A stretch of DNA of 64,000 nt, taken from NCBI GenBank assembly GCA_963662285.2, contig CAXXMV010000006.1:192001-256000 (forward strand), in the 5' to 3' direction. The position numbers and the translations under genes are program-made. The notes under the pieces are model-generated. The model did not search any database. It was not told the DNA's origin and saw only the letters and a list, made by a program, of their open reading frames with translations. This DNA comes from a bacterium. Lineage in GTDB: Bacteria > Hinthialibacterota > Hinthialibacteria > Hinthialibacterales > Hinthialibacteraceae. Positions 39,143 through 47,035 of this stretch are shown here, piece after piece (position 1 is the stretch's first letter; the number at the start of each line of letters is the position of its first letter).

Positions 39143-40933
39143 TTAGAATATATTTCTGAAATAATCATGATTCAAACCCATTAAAGTTACAGCTTCTTTA
39201 ACATGCTTTTGTCGTAAGGAATTTGAATTATTAAGATCGGCAATTGTTCTGCTTACTAATAATAGTTTAACTTCCATCCTTTTTGTCAAATCAAGTCTTT
39301 TATAAATATCATTTAAATAATTCTTTGTTTCATCTGGAATGGCATTGGAATATTTTTTGAATTGTGCTTTGTCTTGAACTTCTGAATTAGTGTTTATATC
39401 ACTAGATTCAAGGAATCTTGCTCTTTGATATTGCCTTGCTTTAGTGATATTGCTTTTTATTGTGACCGTTGCGTAATTCTTGGCTTCTTCAAATGAATCA
39501 TCACATGATGATACAAAGACTTTCAAATCGATTCTGTCCATTAGAGGTTGGCTCAATTTGTTACGGTATTTATATATCTCTCTTCCTGAACATTTGCATT
39601 TTTTATACAGTTTCTTGTCAGGGTGATCTCTACATTGGGAATCTTTCCCAAAAAATGCTTTATTGCATACAGGGCAACAATAGTGACCTAACCAACCACA
39701 CTTACAAGGATTCATGGCTGCCACAAATATAAAACTACAAGGATATTCTAGTGTGCTGTGAACTCGTTGTACTTTGTTAACACGGTCATTTAATATGTTT
39801 CTTAATTTGTCAAGAGTATCTGGTTGAAGTAAGTTTATCTCATCGAATAATAGAATCCCATTATGTGCTAGTGAAACAAGGCCAGGAGCCGGGTATGGAG
39901 TTCCTCCTCCAAATAATGCGGCAGGAGTAGCGTTATGTACTTCTTGATATGGACGATTATTAATTATTTCATTCTCTTTTAAGTCTCCTTTTGCACTATA
40001 TATTTTATTAACTTCAAATATTTCTGATAGACTCATTTCAGGAAGAAGCTTCGTTGCAGCTTTTGCTAACATCGTTTTTCCGTGGCCTGGAGGACCTACT
40101 AGAAGAATATTATGACCACCAGCAAGAGCTACGGTCATTGCGCGTTTTGCAATTGATATTCCTTCAATATCTTTTAAATCAGGAACCTGACGTAAAATCC
40201 CTTTTTTTATAATATTCCTATTTTTTATCCTTGTTTTTCTTACAGATTTTATTCCTAAAATAACATTCCATACTTCCTGTAAATCATATGCCTTATAACT
40301 TTTTACATTTTTCTTAGTACTAGTCACAATGGAAGCATGAACTTCTGCATCTTCCGGTACAATTAAAGTAAATCCTTCTTTAACACATGAAATCATACCA
40401 AACATGCCTACCTCAGGTGAGATTATGCAACCTGAAGTTATTTCTAAAGTGCCAATTAACAAGTATTTATTTTTGTTTTCTGATAGCCTCTTTTTGTATT
40501 GTTCCACTCTATTTTTTTGGTTTATTAAGGCTTCTATATTTTTTATAATGCATGCTTTTTTATCTAAATCTCTTGGATTTTCTCCTAAATTTGTAATCTT
40601 TGTCTCGAATTCTTTGATCTTATCATTAATTTTATCTAAATTTTGTAAGATGCTTGCATGCAATAGTTGAATAGCTATTGGCAAATCTAGTCCAGAGGAA
40701 TTTTTAGGCGTCCCTGCTGGACTTAATGCTAATGTATAACCCTGATTATCTAATATATCAGACCAATCACCGTCTAATGTTTCAATCGCTTTAGATGCTC
40801 TTATAAAACCTTCTTTTACTACTTTACTTGCAAGACCTAGAATGCTAACACTGCTTCTATTCTCATCTTTTGTAGCCGTGAATCGTACTAAGTTTCCTTC
40901 TATACCGTGAATATCTGCACCATATATTTCCAT
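39143..40933 (-). CDS. Divergent ComM/YifB (Mg-chelatase-related, MCM-like) AAA+ ATPase
   Basis: ILGL...VKEG..R, LALSPA..PK..SGLDLPIA, AKRA..VALAGGHNILLVGPPGHGKTMLA, GGG..P.PGLVSLAHNGILLFDE, AAMNPCKCG, LSQPLMDRIDL, VSRTIADL...HVKEA. Confidence 0.9.
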   Translation of the reverse strand: MEIYGADIHGIEGNLVRFTATKDENRSSVSILGLASKVVKEGFIRASKAIETLDGDWSDILDNQGYTLALSPAGTPKNSSGLDLPIAIQLLHASILQNLDKINDKIKEFETKITNLGENPRDLDKKACIIKNIEALINQKNRVEQYKKRLSENKNKYLLIGTLEITSGCIISPEVGMFGMISCVKEGFTLIVPEDAEVHASIVTSTKKNVKSYKAYDLQEVWNVILGIKSVRKTRIKNRNIIKKGILRQVPDLKDIEGISIAKRAMTVALAGGHNILLVGPPGHGKTMLAKAATKLLPEMSLSEIFEVNKIYSAKGDLKENEIINNRPYQEVHNATPAALFGGGTPYPAPGLVSLAHNGILLFDEINLLQPDTLDKLRNILNDRVNKVQRVHSTLEYPCSFIFVAAMNPCKCGWLGHYCCPVCNKAFFGKDSQCRDHPDKKLYKKCKCSGREIYKYRNKLSQPLMDRIDLKVFVSSCDDSFEEAKNYATVTIKSNITKARQYQRARFLESSDINTNSEVQDKAQFKKYSNAIPDETKNYLNDIYKRLDLTKRMEVKLLLVSRTIADLNNSNSLRQKHVKEAVTLMGLNHDYFRNIF

Positions 40934-40934
40934 G

Positions 40935-41432
40935 TTATTTCCTCATATGTGGATGTTTTAAAGAATGATGATATTCGCAAAGAGTAATCAAATTATCAAT
41001 AGCATTTGTTCCGCCTTTAGACAAAGGAATAATATGATGTACATGGAGTGTGTCACTGCAATAAGCGTTAAACTCTTGGCATTCAAAATTATCTCTCTCT
41101 AAAACATTATTCCTTATTGAAATCCAATCTTCACCATAATCTTCTTTATTCAGTACATTTTGAGTAGGAATATTAATACTGCTAATACGACTCCCATCGA
41201 AATCTTTTAAGTCATTTAATTGTTTGTCTATGAGTTCGTTTTTTTCAATTAGAGAGTTATAAGTATCTGATTGCTGTACACAAGATTTATAAATAATCTG
41301 CGCATTATGAATTTCATTCTTATTATTTAAAAATCCAAATGAAAATAATCTGAGCCAAAAATCTTTATTTTTTGCCTGTTCTAATTTCTTATGGGCGCTT
41401 TTAATAGACTTTACTAATTGTTGTTTAGCCAT
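40935..41432 (-). CDS. HNH endonuclease with N-terminal helical/coiled-coil extension
   Basis: W..IR..VLERDNFECQ, LHVHHIIPLSKGGTNAIDNLITLCEYHH..KH. Confidence 0.9.
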   Translation of the reverse strand: MAKQQLVKSIKSAHKKLEQAKNKDFWLRLFSFGFLNNKNEIHNAQIIYKSCVQQSDTYNSLIEKNELIDKQLNDLKDFDGSRISSINIPTQNVLNKEDYGEDWISIRNNVLERDNFECQEFNAYCSDTLHVHHIIPLSKGGTNAIDNLITLCEYHHSLKHPHMRK

Positions 41433-41439
41433 TTTTTGT

Positions 41440-42534
41440 TCATAGATTAAAACTGTCTTGTATTAGAATTGCTTCTGAAAGAACATTTTTAAGAATTTTG
41501 AGTATTTGAGTTGAATCTATATCAGAGTATTTGATGTTTTTCTTTATTATGAAATGTTTAATACGATGAGTTTTCTCTATACAAATTATACTTGTAAGAT
41601 TTTTTGTTCCATGAAATTCTAGTATTTCAGATGAGATGTTTTCTTGAAAAGGAAGATTAATTTTTATGCATAATAATTCACTTTCAAAATTAAATATTAA
41701 ATTACCAATAATCTGATATTCACTATGATTAAATTTTATCTTGATTTTATCGAAATGCTTTTCTAATTCGAACGTAAGTTGTGAATCGATATTCATGTCA
41801 TGATAAATCTTATCTATTATATTGATTGATGCATTAGATTTAAGTTCGTTTATGGACGCTTCGTCATTGTTCATTGTTTCAAAATTTTTGTTTTGGGTAG
41901 GAGTATTATTTAAATCAATATTTTCATCATCATTGTTATCATCGAAATTAATAAACAAAGAATAAGGATCTTCTTCATCTTCTTCCAATGGTTTATTGGA
42001 TAAACCTTGAAGAAATCCATCATCACTATGATCTAAAACAGGATTATTATCTTCGTTGATATCATTGAAATTTTCATCTGGTAATTCAGGTAGATTAACT
42101 ATTTCAAATTCATTATCCTCATTTTCTATATTGATAGATTTAGTAGTCTCGGGATTTCTTGGATTGTTGATTTTTTTGTAGATTTTATCACATAATTTAT
42201 CATAAGAATCAGAAAAATTTCTATGGATTTTTAGGCGATTATTATGTTCTGTTTCATACGAGGTTACAATATTGGCTCTTTTAAGGCTTGCAATAGCTTT
42301 ATTTAAAAGAGTTGTTAATTCCTGTCTTTTCTTGCCCAGTGGAATAGTATCAACAAATAGGGTTAAATAATGTGAAACATGTTTTGTAATATCCGTGGAT
42401 TTACAACTCTTATGTTTGAAATCTAGAAGTGTTCCGACTATTGCAACTTTAGCAATGTCAATCGAAATATCTTGCATTTCAACGTTATTTAGTGAAAAAT
42501 AATCATCAAGGATTTCAAATGTATCCATTTGCAT
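41440..42534 (-). CDS. Hypothetical protein (helical N-domain, Asp/Glu/Asn-rich linker, YbjN/T3SS-chaperone-like C-domain)
   Basis: 364-aa ORF in very AT-rich DNA, GAGG RBS, 7 nt from the HNH gene; domain guesses come from sequence pattern only. Confidence 0.6.
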   Translation of the reverse strand: MQMDTFEILDDYFSLNNVEMQDISIDIAKVAIVGTLLDFKHKSCKSTDITKHVSHYLTLFVDTIPLGKKRQELTTLLNKAIASLKRANIVTSYETEHNNRLKIHRNFSDSYDKLCDKIYKKINNPRNPETTKSINIENEDNEFEIVNLPELPDENFNDINEDNNPVLDHSDDGFLQGLSNKPLEEDEEDPYSLFINFDDNNDDENIDLNNTPTQNKNFETMNNDEASINELKSNASINIIDKIYHDMNIDSQLTFELEKHFDKIKIKFNHSEYQIIGNLIFNFESELLCIKINLPFQENISSEILEFHGTKNLTSIICIEKTHRIKHFIIKKNIKYSDIDSTQILKILKNVLSEAILIQDSFNL

Positions 42535-42781
42535 TAATTCCTCGAACTGCTTATAAATTATTAAATTTTATAAAATACGAAATCACCGAATATTCAGTAT
42601 CGCATATTTTTTTTACATTTTCAATGATATTAATTACTTATTTCACATTATAATATTATGATGTGACGTATGTGGATTGATTAATTGGTCTTTAATCTAA
42701 TCCACATATCCCCCATAGACGGTTCGTTTATCAAGTAGATATGATATTATTATCCAAACACATTTCACGGGAGAACGAGCG

Positions 42782-43813
42782 ATGCTGGCAGCGGTTTTGA
42801 AGGATTTTAATCAATTGGTGTTGGAAGATGTTCCGGTTCCTCAGCCGGGGCCGGGGCAGGTTTTGGTGAAGATTAAATCGTGCGGCATCTGCGCCACCGA
42901 TTTTAAGGCTATTACGGGAATAAGGCGTAATGTCGAGTTCCCCATAATCACGGGACACGAACCATCCGGTATTGTCGAGAAGACCGGCGCCGGGGTGACT
43001 CATGTTAAACAAGGCGACGCGGTTATCGTGCAGCCCAGCGGCTTCTGCGGTTACTGCCAGCATTGCCGCATGGGAAACACCCACTACTGCGAAGGCTCGT
43101 TCACCACTGGAGGCGACGGTCCCCCCGACACCCGCAATGGCAGTTTCGCCGAGTACACCCTTTGTCAGGTCGAGCAACTTTATCTCAAACCGGACAACCT
43201 CTCTTTTGACGAAGCCTGCCAAACCGAACCGCTCAGCGGCGCCTGGAAAGGCGTGATCAACTTTTCTGAAATGAAAGTGGGCGATGATGTAGTAGTGGTT
43301 GGTTCCGGTGGAATCGGCATGTACTGCCTGATGGTCGCCAAAGCGGCTGGCGCGGGACGTCTGATCGCGGTCGATATCAGCGATTACGCCCTCAATACCG
43401 CCAAAAAACTGGGCGCCACCCATATTGTTAATCCCAAAAACTGCGACGCCAAACAGGCGGTATACGATATTATCCCTGGAGGCCCGGATTTGATCGTCGA
43501 GGCGGCGGGACCAATCGATGCGGTTAAACTGATGGTCAGCCTATTGCGCCGGGGAACCCGGTGGAACGTTTTCGGCATCACCACCCACGAGAAATTTGAA
43601 CTGGACGGCGGCTTAACCCACTTCCTCGAAGCGCGGATGGATTCCAGTTTCGGAACCAACCCGCTAGCCATGCAGAACGCCATCCGTTTGATGGAGCGGG
43701 GATTAGTCAATCCCGAAGACGCCATCTCGCACCGCTTCCCCCTAAGCGAAATTCACGCCGCGATGGAGGTAATGGCATCGCCGGAACGCAATAAAGTAGT
43801 CATCAATCCTTGA
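42782..43813 (+). CDS. Zinc-dependent (MDR family) alcohol/sugar dehydrogenase
   Basis: CGICATD, GHEPSG, CGYCQHC..G..HYC, GSGGIG Rossmann. Confidence 0.93.
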   Translation: MLAAVLKDFNQLVLEDVPVPQPGPGQVLVKIKSCGICATDFKAITGIRRNVEFPIITGHEPSGIVEKTGAGVTHVKQGDAVIVQPSGFCGYCQHCRMGNTHYCEGSFTTGGDGPPDTRNGSFAEYTLCQVEQLYLKPDNLSFDEACQTEPLSGAWKGVINFSEMKVGDDVVVVGSGGIGMYCLMVAKAAGAGRLIAVDISDYALNTAKKLGATHIVNPKNCDAKQAVYDIIPGGPDLIVEAAGPIDAVKLMVSLLRRGTRWNVFGITTHEKFELDGGLTHFLEARMDSSFGTNPLAMQNAIRLMERGLVNPEDAISHRFPLSEIHAAMEVMASPERNKVVINP

Positions 43814-43840
43814 TCTAATATAATGTGAATTATAAGAATT

Positions 43841-43870
43841 GTAGAGTGGGTCGCGCTTGATCGATCCACC
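43841..43870 (+). repeat. GTAG-type REP palindrome
   Basis: GTAGAGTGGGTCGCGCTTGATCGATCCACC. Confidence 0.65.
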
Positions 43871-44267
43871 GAAGACATGCCTTGTTATTTCCCAAAATTC
43901 CTCTCCCCCAATTTGGGAGAGAATACAAGATGTGGTTGTTTGCTGCAACCATAGATTTTCCAATTGACTTTAGGATTATATATCATGGATAATAAACAAG
44001 TTAAATCGGATTACGCTGTCTAAGTCAAAAATGATGGGTATCAGATTTCATTGGAGACGTGGAAGATATTCCGTATTATCCCCGACCGGGATTCTTATTC
44101 CCTAAGAGGATACGGGTAATGGATGAGTCCGGTGAAGGGCGCCCTGCGTTTTTTCGATCCACAGATAATAATGAATTGATGCGATATATTCATTGACATG
44201 CTTTACAATTCATGAGATAAATATTTGGAATTAATTTTATCTTTATAGAAGACAGGAGAAAAAAAGA

Positions 44268-45284
44268 ATGAAAAAAAAACATTTATGCGTCGTATTATTT
44301 TTGACCGTCGCGTGCACCGTATCGCTGACAGGGTGGTCGGATCCCTTCACTCCGGGCAACCTGGTCCTGGCGGATTGCAAACTGGACCGCTTGATCGAAG
44401 TCAAAATGGGGGATGCGGAATGCGAAGTTGTCCAGGTGGTAACATGGCCGCTGGGTGACATGAAGCGGCGTCGACCCCTGGGCGTTGCTTTCGACTCGGT
44501 TGGCAACTGCTACGTCGGTTGCACCGGCGTTCCCCAATCCGCTACCGAACTGGTCGACTATCCAACGGGACTTGCGGAAATTCTACGCATCACACCGGAT
44601 GGATCTCAACAGTTTTATCGCATGCCCAACACGATTGAGAAAATCTGTTGGACGAAAAGTTTCGGCCCCAACGAAGTGTTTGTGATGAGCAACGCCTTCT
44701 CATCTCATCCCACTTATCATTTCCGCGTTCGCTTTGACGGCGATACGATGCTGGAGCCAACACTTTTCGAAGTCTGCAAGGAAGCCGACGGCGATGGTAC
44801 CGCACTCCTGCTTGCCGACGGTCGGATATTGATCGCGAACGACGCCGAAAGCGTTATCAACATCTATGACGAAAACGGCGGCGAGCCTGTCGGTCAGATT
44901 CCCACCGAAGCAAACTACAATTCATTGGATTATTTGGAAGGAGCTCAATTCCTGGTTTGTTTAACCAATGATCAGCGTAGTGTGCATTTGGTCGATTTCG
45001 ATGGCGCCATTCACGACAGTTGGAATTTTATCGATGACGGGATTCAGCAGGTCTTCAACGTGCTCTTCATCCCCGGCGATCCAGACCACTTCGTCTGCCT
45101 GGATAAAAATCCAACCGCCGACACAATCAACAAAGTTTTCGTATATAATGCCAACGATTTCTTTGAACTACCCAAAGTTCTGCCGCTCGTTGGTTTGGAA
45201 GCATTCGGTTCGACGGACGAATCCTATTTCGATTACGCCTTTGTAAGCGAACCGGTTTCCGTTCCTGAATGGTCGATTTATTAA
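44268..45284 (+). CDS. Secreted beta-propeller-like protein with C-terminal PVSVPEWSIY motif
   Basis: Signal peptide; RPLGVAFDSVGNCYV and DGRILIA NHL-like blades; own terminator. Confidence 0.65.
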   Translation: MKKKHLCVVLFLTVACTVSLTGWSDPFTPGNLVLADCKLDRLIEVKMGDAECEVVQVVTWPLGDMKRRRPLGVAFDSVGNCYVGCTGVPQSATELVDYPTGLAEILRITPDGSQQFYRMPNTIEKICWTKSFGPNEVFVMSNAFSSHPTYHFRVRFDGDTMLEPTLFEVCKEADGDGTALLLADGRILIANDAESVINIYDENGGEPVGQIPTEANYNSLDYLEGAQFLVCLTNDQRSVHLVDFDGAIHDSWNFIDDGIQQVFNVLFIPGDPDHFVCLDKNPTADTINKVFVYNANDFFELPKVLPLVGLEAFGSTDESYFDYAFVSEPVSVPEWSIY

Positions 45285-45301
45285 TTCTCTTTTAAATTCA
45301 A

Positions 45302-45342
45302 AAAACCGGGGAGTATGGGCGACGCTCATCTCCCCGGTTTTG
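45302..45342 (+). terminator. Rho-independent terminator
   Basis: AAAACCGGGGAG...CTCCCCGGTTTT. Confidence 0.75.
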
Positions 45343-45391
45343 TATATAAATTAGGATTATTTTTTGGCAAAACCGGATTTTTCGTAATATA

Positions 45392-45661
45392 ATGGATAAG
45401 AGAATCGCCATTCAAATGGAGAATATAATTGTGAATGCCACCGAAGAGATTATAGCGAAGATGGAAAAACTTCCTCCGGAAGAAATACGTGAGATTATTC
45501 AGCACTTTCAACCTGAAGATAAATTTTCGGACAAAATCACCCGTCAACTTCTTCAAGCAAAAAAAGACTCTGATGAAGGAATCAACATGAGTCCGGTTTA
45601 TAAAACCAAAGAAGAGGTTCAAGCCCATTTTGATCGCTTGGAAAGTAAAATTACTGTTTAA
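45392..45661 (+). CDS. Putative type II antitoxin
   Basis: Small ORF directly upstream of the YafQ-type toxin; C-terminal A..D...G....Y.T.EEV..H pattern resembles RelB/DinJ C-termini. Confidence 0.65.
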   Translation: MDKRIAIQMENIIVNATEEIIAKMEKLPPEEIREIIQHFQPEDKFSDKITRQLLQAKKDSDEGINMSPVYKTKEEVQAHFDRLESKITV

Positions 45662-45744
45662 AGCGATTATCAAAAATATGTTCGTTTATTATCACGTTTG
45701 GTTTTCAAATCGCAAATCAGAACATTATTATGAAAACTACTCCA
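45659..45744. mobile_element. MITE-like element, family D, between antitoxin and toxin
   Basis: AGCGATTATCAAAAATATGTTCGTTTATTATCAC...AATCGCAAATCAGAACATTATTATGAAAACTACTC matches 16002-16115 without the internal hairpin. Confidence 0.75.
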
Positions 45745-45745
45745 A

Positions 45746-46009
45746 ATGGATATAACTTTTCACAAGGACTTTGATAAGGCTCTTGAGAAATTCCCTCCGA
45801 AGACAAGAGATAAAGTTAGAAAAGTCCTTGATACTTTTCAAGATGATCCGCATGATCCCCAACTCGACAATCACGCCCTTCATGGCAATTTGCAGGATTT
45901 CCGATCAATTTCTGCAGGAGGAGACTTACGATTGGTTTTTGTGCAAGAAGATAACTACGAGTATGTACATTTCTATTTGGTTGGAACCCATAGTCAATTA
46001 TACGAATAA
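45746..46009 (+). CDS. Type II toxin, RelE/YafQ family mRNA interferase
   Basis: I.FHKDFDKAL, L.NHAL.G, RSIS..GDLRLVF, VGTHSQLY. Confidence 0.9.
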   Translation: MDITFHKDFDKALEKFPPKTRDKVRKVLDTFQDDPHDPQLDNHALHGNLQDFRSISAGGDLRLVFVQEDNYEYVHFYLVGTHSQLYE

Positions 46010-46172
46010 ACAATCGGCAAAAGGAACAAAGAAGATGGTAAAGGAAATGACAAAAGCCTTCTTGGACCTATTGAACAAGGCAGCGGATCAAGCGAACAAG
46101 AAAAATCCTGACGAACCCCCAATACCAAATAAAAGAGTATCACCGGAGATGCCAACCAAAAAACCCAAAAAA

Positions 46173-46199
46173 ATAACCCCTTGATTACCAAGGGGTTAT
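46173..46199 (-). terminator. Hairpin/terminator downstream of tRNA-Ala
   Basis: ATAACCCCTTG-ATTAC-CAAGGGGTTAT with an A tract on the left (U tract on the minus strand). Confidence 0.65.
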
Positions 46200-46209
46200 G
46201 GATTTTCTA

Positions 46210-46282
46210 TGGAGCGCATGGGACTCGAACCCACGACTTCTACCTTGCGAAGGTAGCGCTCTCCCAGCTGAGCTAGCGCCCC
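46210..46282 (-). tRNA. tRNA-Ala (anticodon CGC), CCA not encoded
   Basis: Minus strand GGGGCGCTAGCTCAGCTGGGAGAGCGCTACCTTCGCAAGGTAGAAGTCGTGGGTTCGAGTCCCATGCGCTCCA; G3:U70 alanine identity pair. Confidence 0.96.
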
Positions 46283-46436
46283 GGACAGATGAAAATTATA
46301 GCGCATTTGAAAACACGGAAAAGCCCTTAGTTCTTTATCGAAAATAATTGACTGAAATTGATTTGCTTATAATGTTTAAATGTGATATAATATGTCCATA
46401 AGTTGTGAGCGATTTTAATTGGAAGAGAGCGATATC

Positions 46437-46895
46437 ATGGTTGCTGAATTAATGTCTCCCCTACAGTCTGGACAACCACCAGCGCCGAATGCCGCGCCAG
46501 CTCCGGCTGCTGCGCCTATGCAGCGTACCGGACCGGCTGCTCCACCGATTCAGCAGCAAATTCCAAGCGCGCCGCCTCTACCAGGAACTTCAGCCGCTCA
46601 AGGAACCGCAGCTCGCACCCAGAGCAATGGCATAGACCGCGTCGAAATCAGTCAACAAGCAGTAAACGCAATGCCCAAAAACGCCCCTGGAGCTCCGAGC
46701 GTTTCCATTTTTAATTTAGATAATATGGAAAATCCTGCAACTGCGCCTGTACAGCCTAATGTAGGTGGATCGCCCAGTGCCGCGCCGAATAATAATTCCG
46801 GAGTTCCCGGAATGCTATACCCGCCAGCGGGAGGCCCACCGCCTCCCCCTCAAGATTACCAGTCTTCAGGTCAATTTCTCGATTTAACCGCTTAA
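46437..46895 (+). CDS. Pro/Ala-rich hypothetical protein with DRVEIS and C-terminal GQFLDLTA motifs
   Basis: Low-complexity ORF; motifs resemble those of small flagellum-associated proteins (FlgM N-terminus, YjfB-like C-terminus). Confidence 0.55.
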   Translation: MVAELMSPLQSGQPPAPNAAPAPAAAPMQRTGPAAPPIQQQIPSAPPLPGTSAAQGTAARTQSNGIDRVEISQQAVNAMPKNAPGAPSVSIFNLDNMENPATAPVQPNVGGSPSAAPNNNSGVPGMLYPPAGGPPPPPQDYQSSGQFLDLTA

Positions 46896-47035
46896 TATTC
46901 CTATGTTTTTATGACGGTCAGGGCTGTCTTCCAGTCCCTTGGGACGTCTGTGTTCCCAAGTATAATGTATTCTAAGAACATTTCTGAGATTAACTTTAGC
47001 CGCATCGATACTATAATATTGGAATAGCATTAGTT

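Noticed and set aside
39143-40933. Magnesium chelatase subunit or Lon protease call
   Set aside because: Motif order matches the ComM/YifB family (GGHN..GPPG.GKT, SLAHNG, NPCxCG); there are no chlD/chlH or cob genes and no evidence of a Lon catalytic dyad.
42731-43423. 230-aa minus-strand ORF
   Set aside because: Antisense shadow of the well-supported Zn-dependent dehydrogenase; no motifs of its own.
43960-44200. Moderately GC-rich intergenic stretch as a pseudogene or ncRNA
   Set aside because: Only short open frames with no recognisable motif, and no convincing structure seen.
45771-46184. 137-aa ORF overlapping the toxin
   Set aside because: Out-of-frame overlap with the clear YafQ-type gene; only the last 49 codons (from ATG 46035) could be a real small ORF, and I cannot assign them.
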